DNA of 64,000 nt, from NCBI GenBank assembly GCA_964016885.1, contig OZ024742.1:63860001-63924000 (forward strand). The letters are read 5' to 3'. Shown here piece by piece: positions 14,828 to 26,469 of this stretch. Origin of the DNA: Eledone cirrhosa. Lineage: Eukaryota. Position 1 is the first letter of the stretch, and each line of letters begins with the position of its first letter. The notes below the pieces were generated by a model. The model searched no databases, was not told where the DNA came from, and worked only from the letters and a program-made list of their open reading frames with translations. The position numbers were made by a program, and so were the translations under genes.

Positions 14828-15216
14828 TAAGAGGAATTCCAACTTTGTCTGATTTACTCGTTTTATTTACAATCCTTTAAAATATATAATGGTATTATAA
14901 TGAAATAGTATGATAGAATATTAAATTCTAAGTGTTAATTGAACAAGTACTTTCATGCTTTCACAATCTTCAGGTTCATAGTATGTGGTGACAGTCAAGT
15001 TTGCAAGTTTCAACTGTGACAGTTGAAAATTGAAAACTTGACTGTCACCACATACTATGAACCTGAAGATTGCGAAAGCATGAAAGTACTTGTTCAATTA
15101 ACACTTAGAATTTAATATTCTATCATACTATTTCATTATAATACCATTATATATTTTAAAGGATTGTAAATAAAACGAGTAAATCAGACAAAGTTGGAAT
15201 TCCTCTTATTAATATA
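14820..15216. repeat. Fold-back palindrome B (~198-bp arms, centre 15018), abutting (TA)n, with a short right-side tail
   Basis: Arms are reverse complements with about 3 mismatches. Confidence 0.93.
15058..15096 (+). ncRNA. Minimal type I hammerhead ribozyme motif (mirror on - strand, 14940-14978)
   Basis: TGAAC-CTGAAGA-T TGC GAAA GCA T-GAAA-GTAC-TT-GTTCA: 5-bp stem I, GNRA-capped stem II, palindromic AAGTACTT stem III. Confidence 0.8.
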
Positions 15217-15255
15217 ATCTTCTATACACAATCATACACACCCGTGTATATTTAC

Positions 15256-15362
<107 letters not shown>

Positions 15363-15394
15363 AGAAAAACCATAGACCCTCCATCTCAACTCTA

Positions 15395-15430
15395 CTTTTG
15401 AAAAGCAGAAGAACTGCGAAACCGGTAAAG
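15395..15430 (+). ncRNA. Hammerhead-like motif with U3:A8 core, inside a ~135-bp repeat (15360-15495) that recurs at 25305-25436
   Basis: CTT-TTGAAAA-GCAG aagaa CTGC-GAAAC-CG-GTA-AAG. Confidence 0.6.
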
Positions 15431-15492
15431 GAACCAAATAAATATATATATTTTTTTTAAAAATAAGACTCCAGTTACATTTTCTATTTCAT

Positions 15493-15571
<79 letters not shown>

Positions 15572-15694
15572 GTAGAACACCGGAAGGTAATATCCGTAGT
15601 GGTAGAGCACTCAGTCCATAGGACGAGTTAGGTAGAAGTGGTTACACAACAGTTAGTTCACCATACCTCAGCTCGTAAGCTACGTAAAACATAT

Positions 15695-15755
<61 letters not shown>

Positions 15756-15756
<1 letters not shown>

Positions 15757-15867
15757 GGAAAAAAATGTATGACCCCGACGGCAGAGCTCAAGCCGTAACC
15801 ACTTATATATATATATATATATAAGTGGTTACGGCTTGAGCTCTGCCGTCGGGTCATACATTTTTTT

Positions 15868-15870
<3 letters not shown>
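15756..15870. repeat. Short fold-back palindrome C with (AT)9 at its centre; same family as 37662 and 54301
   Basis: AGGAAAAAAATGTATGACCCCGACGGCAGAGCTCAAGCCGT... and its reverse complement, one indel. Confidence 0.9.
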
Positions 15871-15926
<56 letters not shown>

Positions 15927-16069
15927 TTTACGATGACCTCCCCTTCCCGTTTGGGTACAGTGTGAAATTTCTTTTTGAAGGATTGCTGGACTTTCAAATT
16001 TTGGCGGTCATTCTAGCACTGACGGGGACCATCGCTGAATATTAATATCAATGTGGTTTTTTATATTGA

Positions 16070-16195
16070 TATTGCCTGATGAATTATAAGTGCCCACTTG
16101 TATGTATACCTATGGACTATATGCAAGCTTCTACATAACCTGGACATTATTTTCCCAATTTGTAGAAAACTTATAACGAAACGATCGTATGGAAA
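16070..16195 (+). ncRNA. Hammerhead-like motif with ~95-nt stem II and degenerate stem I
   Basis: CTGATGA at 16076; TTATAAGT/ACTTATAA stem; inner TTCTACA/TGTAGAA; GAAAC-GATC-GTA at 16178-16189, identical to palindrome A. Confidence 0.55.
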
Positions 16196-16370
16196 GAGAG
16201 ATTTATTTAATTATGTCTCATATAAAATAATACAACCGGCTATCCACAAAATACAATATAGTTAGCACCGCAAACATATAATTCGGATTATACTCAGGTT
16301 TATCCTAATGTTTGTTGAGTGAGATGGGAGTCGGTCGGAGTATCGCTTAAATCTTTCTCTGTTAATGTAT

Positions 16371-16415
<45 letters not shown>

Positions 16416-16419
16416 ATAA

Positions 16420-18590
16420 ATAAATAGTAAAAAGGAGAAAGGAAAAAAAATGTTCAGTAGAAAATGGTGGAGAGATTTTTCAGTATAATATCAAAACAAT
16501 TATTTATAAAGTGGGTATTTCCGCATTTGATAGTGGTACCGGTTTCAGCATTATATGCTTTTTCAACTGCGGATGTGCATAACGCAGTTAAGTTGCATAT
16601 TTATACGAATAATAAAAAGGGGAAGAAAAATTATTAGTTTTTACATACATATTTAGAGAGGAGAGTTCATATCTCTGTCCGTGGTTGTTCTTCGTTCTCT
16701 GTTAGTTGGCTAACAGTAGTAGTTTTAATTTTTTTGGTTCTGACTGCTGATTTTGACTGGTAGTATTGGAGGAGGAGAGGGAGAAGTGGTGAGGGGGCGG
16801 CGGAGATGGAGACAGGGGATAGGTGTGGTAGTAATCTGTTGTGGTTATAGACACTTTAAAAAATGGTAGGATTTGTTTGAATGGTTGAATGACCTTAGAG
16901 TTGACCGGGGAGGTAATTGTTTCTAAAAATATCTATCTTGGTATTCCTGTCTGAAAAACTGTCATTCTTAAATTGTTTTATCTTAGAAATAACCAACGTT
17001 GACTTTATAATTTTGCTACAAAAAAGATTCAGAATTACTGAAATACTAATTCGATCTTCAACACAAACTCCCAGATTCAGGGAAATGGAGAAAAAGGATT
17101 TCATCGATTCTATTACGGGAAAGCAACCAACCAACTATATTGTAGGCCCGTAAAGGAGGAAAAAGAAGGATGACATTGGTGGGATTCAAAGCTAAAACGT
17201 ACCGGGCCGTACATATTGTAAAACATTTACTTTGACACCTTAATGTTACTATTTATCCGATTATCTTCGTGAAAGTCCTCAAGAATCTTGGAGAATGATA
17301 CATTCCCAAAGGATTATTTTGTCTAGGGTGTTAATTTTAAAGTGTGCCAGCTGTAGTTTATTCCGAAGTGGATGCATTTAGAAGGGGTTTCGTATTTGGC
17401 GATAAATTATGATTCCTTGCTAATGCACTGGATGGGGGAAGCGTTGTCTTTAAACTTGTAGAGGGGGAACATTCTGAAATTGGCTTGTTCATTAGATGCG
17501 CAGGTCGCAATGTATTCACTCAGTGCTATCTTTCTGTATTCCGTATTTTAATTTGGGATCTATGGACGGTTATACGGTGAAGAAGGCTGTTTTAGTCTGT
17601 CCTATGTAGTGCTCTAGACAACCTGAGCAAGTCAACACATAAATCAGGTTTTCTGATGCGCATGTGAAATTGTATTTAACTGTAAAGTGTTGTCATTGTT
17701 TGAAGTGGAACTCCGATCCCTCTATTAGATTGGTACATATAACACAGGCAGGTCTTCCGCATTTTCTTACTGTAGGGTTCATTGTGAAGGTTGGCTGGAC
17801 TTTGGCCTGTGTAAGGATGTTTTTTATTGATTTGGGTTGTCTTTTGCTCTTTATAATGTTGTGTGTTTGAAGGATTTGATTCATCCTTATGTCTCTTTTT
17901 AGTAAAGGTGTGTTCTGGAGGATGGTGTCGAATTCCTCATTGTTATGGGGGTTGTATGTGGAGATATATGGTAGAATTTTCAGTTTCGATTCATTCTTTG
18001 GTTTGGGGTGTCTAACTAAGTTCCTGGATGTTGAGTTTTAGGGCACGTTGGAATCCATTGTTGATTAGGGATGGTGGGTAATTCCTGCTAATAAGTGTGT
18101 TCTTTAATTCTTCTAGTCGTATATAGCATGTGTATTTATCAGATACTATTTAGCAGATCCTTTTGGCTAGGTTGTAAGGAATTTTCATTTTGGTGTGTCT
18201 AGTGTGGCATGAGTTGAATGGAAGATACTGTTTGGAGTCTGTGGGCTTATAGTATATGTCTGTTTCTCGATAAGGATGTCGAGGAAAGGAAGCTGTTCAT
18301 GGCTGTATTCCATTGTAAATTGAATGTTTGTGTTGAGTCCATTTAGAAGTGTTTTAAATGCAATAAGCCTTTCTATACTTTCATGCCAGAGGATGAAACA
18401 ATCACCCAGACATCTCTTCCAGTTTTTTTCTGTATGGAGATAGAAGAGGTTTCCTTATTTATCTTGTACTTTTCGGTAGAGGGTGATTTCCAAGTACCCC
18501 ATAGCAAGGTTGGCGTAAGAGGGGTCCGTTTTCGTGTCCACGGCAGTGCCGGATTTCCGTCTGTAGAATTTGGCATCGAATTCTATCATG
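16420..18590 (-). mobile_element. Degenerate Penelope-like element (RT, thumb, Cys linker, GIY-YIG remnant, 3' region ending in (TA)n)
   Basis: Minus-strand frames give SGTAVDTKTDPSYANLAMGYLE, WKRCLGDCFILW, IQFTMEYSHEQLPFLDIL, YKPTDSKQYLPFNSCH, KCGRPACVIC and YIGQTK; frameshifted. Confidence 0.85.
16533..16570 (-). ncRNA. Hammerhead-like motif (U3:A8 core) near the 3' end of the Penelope-like element
   Basis: GCAG-TTGAAAA-AGCAT ata ATGCT-GAAAC-CG-GTA-CCAC on the minus strand; stem I imperfect. Confidence 0.55.
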
Positions 18591-19229
18591 TAATCAATGT
18601 TTCATTTCTGTTACACCTCATTTCTACCCCTCGCCCCTCTCTCTGTTTAGAATTAGAAGATTTCACCGTAACTAAGTCAAAGTTACAGGGAAATCTAATT
18701 CGATTGTCATACGTGCTTTTTATAGACAGATTTAATACTAAATTTATGAACAAGTCTGTCCGACCTGCCAACCTGTCACCATAATGGAGTTTATGTTATT
18801 TGTTTGTTGAGAGAGGTCAGACTTGGGTTCAGTAACCCATAGGGAAGACAGCCCGTCTAGAACAGTTACTTAGAACAAATAAAACTGTACAGTGTAGACT
18901 CGGACTCAATACGCCGATGGGAAGACAACCAGTCTATGAGAGTAGTCACTCCAAACAAATAAGAACACACGGAGTAGATACGACCAATCAGGTGAGCACG
19001 CAAACCAGGTTGTTTATTATAGCTCTGCAGACTGTAACATAAACGTTGATGACCTGGTTCTTATAGCTGAGGACGAGTGTGAGAAGAAATTCTTCCTATG
19101 AAAACAGAATTTAAAATAAAATCTAGCAAAGACACAAGTTTGGAAGAAGTATGAAAGTATGAAAGAAGACAAAACTCTGATTCGACTAGGGAAGTGGCCA
19201 TGCTCGATATATAGAACTCTACACGATGT

Positions 19230-19997
19230 ACATAATGTAACATATGGGTACACAAGAGGTGTAGTGGGATTGTAGGCAAGTTAACAGATTTTAAATGCGA
19301 CAGTTTCATTATAGACTTTACATGTGACAGTTTCACAAGCAACAGTGAAATAAATCTTTTCTAATCTCGAGAAAGTACCATAAATGTAGTTGATAGATTC
19401 TGCTACTTTGATGACCTAATTAGCACTGGAGAAGTTTGATCTGAAAGGTTACATAGTAGCTAGAACGAGAACAGATTGGAATAACTTCAGTAAACTACTA
19501 AATTTGTTGACGAAGAGATTTTCACACCGAGGGCAGGGTAGATTGAATGATGCCTGGGTGAGGAGTGCAATGTTGCATAGCACTGAGACATGGGCGATAA
19601 ATCCAATGGATATGCAGAGGTTGAGGAGAAATGAAGCGAGCATACTCTGCTGTATGTGTAATCTTAGTGTACATGAACAACGAGGCTTGGAGGAGTTGAG
19701 AGAAAAAAACTGGGTAGAGCAGAAATCAGATGTAGTGTGCTAAAGAGAAGACTGTACTGGTAAGGACATGCGATGCGCATGGATAATGATGACAGGGTGA
19801 ATAAATACCAGGAGCTCTTAACGGAAGGAAGCTACAGTAGAGGAAGGCTAAGGAAAACCTAATCAGAGGTGATTAGAGTCGATCTCAAAACGCTGAACTT
19901 CACAGAGCGGATGGTGAAGGAACGCAACGAGTGAAGGCAGGCGGTAGGCTGTGATGGAGAGGACTCGTCCAATCCATGCTAGCATGGTAAAATGGAC
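19230..19997 (+). mobile_element. RTE-clade LINE 3' fragment
   Basis: VVDRFCYF, GRLNDAWVRSAMLHSTETWA and RLRRNEASIL match typical RTE RT C-terminal motifs; disrupted. Confidence 0.8.
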
Positions 19998-20404
19998 GTG
20001 TAATAAAGGTAGATAGATAGACATACACACACACACATATATATCATATATATATATATATATATATATATGGAGAGAGAGAGAGAGAGAGAGAGAGGGG
20101 GGAGAGAGTGAGAGAGAGTGAGAGAGAGAGAAGAAAACCAAGGGACTGTTATATAACTGTTATATAAGAGGACTGTTATATAACTGTTATATAAGAGGTC
20201 TCGTTATTTGCAAGATGGCAACTAATAATCTAGCAACTATTAGCTTGGCTGAGATGTGCAAGAAAATTATTACATAAGAAAGTAAACATACACACATATA
20301 TATACACTCACATACACACAAATATACACACACCTACGCATATATAGACTACATTAGTGAGTAATTTTCCTCTCTTGTATGTACATTGAAACGTATAAAC
20401 GTAT

Positions 20405-20517
20405 GTGTGTACGTATGTATGTATGTATGTATGTATGTATGTATGTATGTATGTATGTATGTATGTATGTATGTATGTATGTATGTATGCGCGTATATAT
20501 GTATGTATGTATGCGCG

Positions 20518-20580
<63 letters not shown>

Positions 20581-20751
20581 GTGTGTATGTATGTATGTAA
20601 GTGTGTATGTATGTATGTATGTATGTATGTATGTATGTATGTATGTATGTATACATGTATGTATGCGTGAATACATGTATGTATGTATGTACATTGAAAC
20701 GTATATATGTATGTATATATGTATGTATGTATATGTATGTGTGTATGTATG

Positions 20752-20783
<32 letters not shown>

Positions 20784-20850
20784 TGTATGTATGTATGTAT
20801 GTATGTATGTATGTATGTATGCATGCATGCATGTATGTATGTATATACAT
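20405..20850. repeat. Long (TATG)n microsatellite
   Basis: Direct sequence; MYVC/HTYI ORFs are artefacts. Confidence 0.97.
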
Positions 20851-21067
20851 GTAAATATAAACATACACATACACACACATATATACCTAGATACGCACAC
20901 ATATGTATATAAAATGAGATAGAGTGAGTGGTTGGATTATATACGTCATATGTCTGTGTGTCATCTCAACTAATATGTCTCCTCTGTATATTTATTTGAA
21001 AATAAATACTTTCCAAATTGCAAACAACACACATATATGTTTGTATATATGTATGTATGTATGTTTG

Positions 21068-21101
<34 letters not shown>

Positions 21102-21356
21102 TGTATGTATGTATGTATGTATGTATGTATGTATGTTCTTCTGGTTTTATAATTTCACAATTTTTTCCCAATAGAGAGAGAGTCAGTTTCTAACATAGAC
21201 ACAAGACTCTCTCATTGGAATTTACACAACATCAACTAGGTAGATATGTATGTATGCATGTGTAGATATGGATGTTATTGTATGTGTGGATGTGCATGTT
21301 TTGAGCTGTATGTCTACATGTGTATATTCTTTGTGTCTGTACATGTGTATATGCAG

Positions 21357-24300
21357 TTATTCGATGCAAAACCTTTGGAATGTTTTACATATTTTTACTG
21401 TTCCATTAATGGATTGTACTAGTAATTTCCTAATTAGTTGTGTTCTTCCTGTTCCTGTGAAGCCTAGCTTCTCAAGATTTGTATTGAGGCAGTTACTAAC
21501 ATATCCCAGTGCCCCAATAATCACAGGCATAAATCAGATTTCTCATCAGTTCTGCATAAATATTCTCCTTTTCGCTGATCTTTGATATTATATTGGCATC
21601 TGCTGGGCAGCTAATTTCCACTACTGTGCATGCTTTCTTCTCCCTGTCCCATATAATATCTGGTCTGTTATGCCTGTATTTTATTGGGGTTTTTACTGGA
21701 ACATTCCACCAGTACTCTTTCATATTATGTACATGGATGTCTTCCACATTGCTGTAGCTTTTAATGTGTTTATTATCGGGGCTATATTTTTTACGGATTG
21801 CCTTGTACAGTGTTTTGGTCACTACATCATGCCTCATAGGTAGATAGTACCGCGATGACATCTTTGGACAGCTGCTGATGACATGGGTGATATCTTCGAT
21901 GTTAGTTCTGCAGAGTCTGCTCTTATTATCACATCTAGGTGTTTTGCCTGCATCCCTATCTCTTTTGTGAATCAGGTATTTCGTGTTAATTTCCTGTTCT
22001 TGGATTGCAAAAGCGTATCCTTCAAAGTGGGAGCCAATATAGCGGTTGTTGGTCCAAGATAGACTACTTTCCTTATCTATATTACTCTCACTCTGGAGCT
22101 TCTTGGCAACATATCGATGCATGATTTTTTGCTGATAAGCATACAGTTTTTCATCCATGGATTCACTGCGATACTGCTGAGCCCAGGGCGTGAGTTTTTG
22201 ATTATCACACGGAATATCTCTCGAGGAGTTCCTTCCCAACTCTAATGATCTTATCTGTTTCATGCAGATAGACTTGCTCGAGAGACGGGCTCCCACGCTT
22301 CGAGGTTCGTAGATGTTGTCGGAGGTATATGATGCGACATTCAAATGCTGTCTGGACTGATGTTAGGCCTCTGCCTCCCTGCTTACGTTTCAAGTAAAGG
22401 CAGTCTATGTCACTGTTGATGTGGAGGTTTCCGGTGTTGTTTAGTATTTTTCGAGTTCCAGCATCAACTGCTCGGATTTCGTCTATCGTCCAATTGAGTA
22501 TTCCAAACGTTGGTGTTAGGACAGGCACATCAAACACATTGTGAGCCACTGTTTTGGTTTGCGCAGAGAGTTCCGATGGCCAAATCTTTCTTAATCGGGT
22601 GTAGTATTCCCTGGTTACGCGTTCCTTATTACAAATACCATTATAGGATACTCATCTATCCCCAGGTATCTGTAGCAGTCTTCATCAGATATCGGTGAAA
22701 CAGTTAGGCCATTGAGGACAATGTTGCTAGATTGGGTTGTTGTTTTCCCCGCTTTACAGTCATATATGAGCATTTATCTTGGCCAAACTCCATTCCTATA
22801 TCCTTTGAGAACGTTGTAACCAAGTCAAGATTTTTCTTCATCCCATCCATGTTCTTGGCATAGAGTTTCAGATCATCCACAAAGAAATTATGGGTTAGGT
22901 TTGTATTTCTGTCCTTCTGTGAGCCAATGATATATCCTTCACATTTCTTGAGCAGAAAAGACAAGGGGTTTAATGACAAGATGAACAATATCACAGAGAG
23001 ACTGTCTCCCTGAAATATACCCCTGCGATATTTTATTTTATCAGTGAAAATAGAGTCCTCCCTCTCTGTCTTTAACCTTAGGATAGTAGCCCAAGAAGAA
23101 GACAGCCTCTCTATGGCTCTGACAATAATGTCTGGGACTTTAGCAAGTTGGAAGGCCTCTATCATCCAAGAGTGGGGAACAGAATCGAAAGCTTTCCTGT
23201 AGTCCAGCCAGACTGTAGCCATATTCCTCCTAAGTTGTCGCACCTCCGACATCGCAGTTTTGTTGATTAGGAGTTGTTCAGCACATCTCCAAACCCCTTT
23301 CTTTCCAGCTGCTTGTTCATCTGTGATGATGTTATTATTTTCACAGTGATCTTGGAGGAATAGGTTCAGGCAGTCTGTATAAATCTTATACATCAGGTTC
23401 TGGCATGCAATGGGTCGGTAGTTTTTTGCCAAGTGGGTGTCTTTGTTCTTGGGGACCAGTAATGTTTGTGCTAATGTCAACCATTCTGGTATAAATGTAT
23501 CTCCCTTAAGAACTTGTTGGTAAAGTCACTTATTTCGTATGTTTTTGCTGTAGTGTAGGAGCAATAGTTCTTTCGGATTTCTCTTAGCCACACTGCATCT
23601 TGGTTGAAATTCTTCTTTTCACCCCATATGTTGCACCAAAAGGAATCTATGTCTTTCTGGGATGGGGCCTCAATGACACTTATTATTTTGTTCTTCATAT
23701 CTCTATAGACTGATGTTTGGTTTCGTCTGAATCTTTTATTAAGCACTTTTCTCTCATCTACCTTCTTCGGGTATCGGCGTTTTTCGCTAACAGCTCTCAA
23801 TTCTTGTTTGAGGGTGATCAGCTTATATTGAAGAGTTCTGGTTCTACTGTTACCAAACATCGTCTCTATTTCATTTTTCACTCTCTGTTGGTGAGGAGTG
23901 AGGTTTTTTTGTGTTTGTTTGCATGTAAGGAGAATTGTCACATATCCTATGGTTTTTCGTAGGTCAGCAATCTTTTTTTCTATTTTAGTTATATATGATG
24001 GTATTTTTGGTGGTGTTTTATTCTTGTTAATATCTCTGCTATCACCAAGATAATGCTTCACTGTCATTGCTAGGGTATATAAACAGGCGTTGATTTGCCA
24101 AAATGTTGGGGTTTTTATCCGTCGTAAATATTCATCCCCTATTTCGTCAATAACACGTAATATTTCATTATTTGTTGTTTTTTTTATTAAATATTGTTGT
24201 TTTAATACGTTCAGCAAGAGAGATATTTATACATGAATTAATTTCTCTCTGGAAGATTTCGTTGAGGGAAATTTTAAATTGTTTATACTTTTGATTATTA

Positions 24301-24620
24301 TCATTATCGATAGTATTTTCCACAACAGTCGAAGTAGATGGTACACGTGGTGTCAAATTTCTTCGATTATTATTATTATTTCTTCGATTATTATTATTAT
24401 CGATAGTGTTTTCTCCAGCATTCGAGGTGGACTTAGATGGTACAGGTGGTGTCAAGTTTCTTACAGGCATAGTTGTTTCAAGGCGCTGTTCGACCTGGCT
24501 GCTAGGAAGTCTAGTAGCATGGCGACCTGTAGCATGTGTTGTTGATCCCATGTTTGTTGTGGGGGACTTACAATTAATAATATTTATCTTATTTTTACGT
24601 TCAACAAACGTCGTTTGTTG
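21357..24620 (-). mobile_element. Near full-length, frameshifted R4/Dong-like non-LTR retrotransposon (RT + zinc knuckle + restriction-like endonuclease)
   Basis: ORFs 23477-24217, 22704-23480 (NYRPIAC, LDYRKAFDSVPHSW, GIFQGDSLS, FVDDLKLY), 22205-22549 and 21496-22344 (RLC..EDITHVISSC, RHD, NRPDII, VEISCP). Confidence 0.9.
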
Positions 24621-25184
24621 GCGTAATTGTTTCGCTGTGAAATAATTTAGCTATGGGTGCATTTCGTCCCAGTGTAGCTTTATTCTGTTCATATAGCCAA
24701 TGCAGGGATTGTTTTTTGCCATTTTATAACAATTAAATAAATCATCATTAAGTTCGCAACTTCAAGAGAAATGCGATTTATAATTTCGGTTTCTTCTGTA
24801 GCTACAACCGAATAAAGTTTGTTTACCTTTCTTGTTGTTTGTCTTCGATACTTCCTTAACTTTGTTGTTGATGTTGTGTTCAGCCATGCTGTTTGTAGCA
24901 AATCCTTGTAAAATGAATTATGTATTTAGTCGGATATCTCTACGAATTCGAATAAAAGGTGTCTTCAGAAGATATAGTTAGAAGAATAACCAGTTATTCA
25001 ACATGACTGTAGTTGTGGCATCGCTGTCGGAGATAGTATTCATCTTAAATTTAATAAATCGTCTCCCACGCCAAAATATGCGATTGATCGCGTTGACTGT
25101 GTTAGATATGTATGGGCTTCTACAGGACTAGAACTGTTTCATTCAGTTCTAGTCCTGTAGAAGCCCATTTCTATTTGTTATGTA

Positions 25185-25292
25185 TAAATCCCGCCGAGGT
25201 TGACTTTGCCTTTCATCCTTACGGGGTCGATAAAATAAAGTACCAGTAATGCACTGGGTAATTGCTGGCCTTGTGCCTAACGTAGAAACAGT
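25185..25292 (+). mobile_element. 5'-truncated SINE of the abundant family with core GCCTTTCATCCTT.CGGGGTCGATAAAATAAAGTACCAG
   Basis: Core shared with about ten other copies in the window; resembles, from memory, the Nin/Deu-type SINE central domain. Confidence 0.8.
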
Positions 25293-25515
25293 TATGTATA
25301 TATATATGAAAAACCACAGACCCTCCATCTCAATTCTACTTTTCAAAAGCAGAAGAACTGCGAAATCGGTAAAGGAACCAAATAAATATATATTTTTAAA
25401 AAAAGACTCCAGTTGCATTTTCGATTTCATCTTCTTTCCTTACACTTTCACTCGTGTAGGACACCTCGGTTATTTTTCATTTTGTAAAAAAAAAAACCTC
25501 ACTTTCTAATATATA

Positions 25516-26413
25516 TCTATATATATAAAACTGAGGATGTCTGTCTGTGTGTGTGTGTGAGTTTGAATCCCTAAAACTAGAGAAGCACCCAACCGACTGT
25601 TTTCAAACTTTACACATGTAATACTTATATTTCAGGGAGTGTTCTGAGCAAAAAAAGAAATTCAAATTTTCAATGCCCTAGGGACCGCGTTAGGCGATTT
25701 AGCGATCTCTCTCTATAATTCTTAGTTTTCTCTCTTTTTAGATAGATACATACATATAACGTCGCACCCTTATAATATCTGTCTGTCTGCATTACGTCAC
25801 TTCTTTGAGGATGTCTGTCTGCGTGTGTGTGTGTGTGTCTGTGAGTTTGAATCCCTAAAACTCGATTTTTTTTTAACTTTACATGTGTACTGCTTATGTT
25901 TCAGGGAGTGTTATGCACATAAAAAATTCAACTTTTTTTTATCTCTTAGCGCCCGCATTAGGTGAAAAACTGCGTTTTTTAAGCTTTTTAGGGGTTTTTG
26001 AGGCGTTATGTCAGACCGATTTCCTTGAAATTGTAACTATGTATCAGTCAGTCTCTTCTTCATACCGTGAGCAAAGAAAATACAACTTGTTTATGGCCTA
26101 GGGCCCGCATTAGGTGAAACACTTCATTTTTTCAGCTTTTTAGGGCTTTTGGGAGGCGTTACGTCTAGCCGATTTTTCCCGAAATTTCAAGGCATATTAT
26201 GCACATAAAAAAATTATTTTCTTGATCCCCTAAGTGAAAACCTGCATTTTTCCTGCTTCATCGAGGAAAATCTTAAAGATTATCCATCCATCAGAGTATT
26301 CGGTTTATTTTCTTTACATATTGTCCAGGCATGCAATTTTTACACGATTAGGTCTGTTGGCGGCCCGCGTTCCAAAATACCTTATCGTGCAACTCCGGGT
26401 GGTACCATTGCTA

Positions 26414-26414
<1 letters not shown>
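25516..26414 (+). mobile_element. Non-autonomous Helitron
   Basis: Starts a|TCTATATATATAAAA followed by a CTGT/GT microsatellite; internal duplications; ends ...CCGGGTGGTACCATTGCTAG|t; A/T insertion site, no TSD. Confidence 0.7.
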
Positions 26415-26467
<53 letters not shown>

Positions 26468-26469
26468 TT

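Noticed and set aside
19063-19099. Hammerhead ATAG-CTGAGGA...GAAATTCTTC-CTAT
   Set aside because: Stem I fits but stem II does not pair; at best a decayed copy
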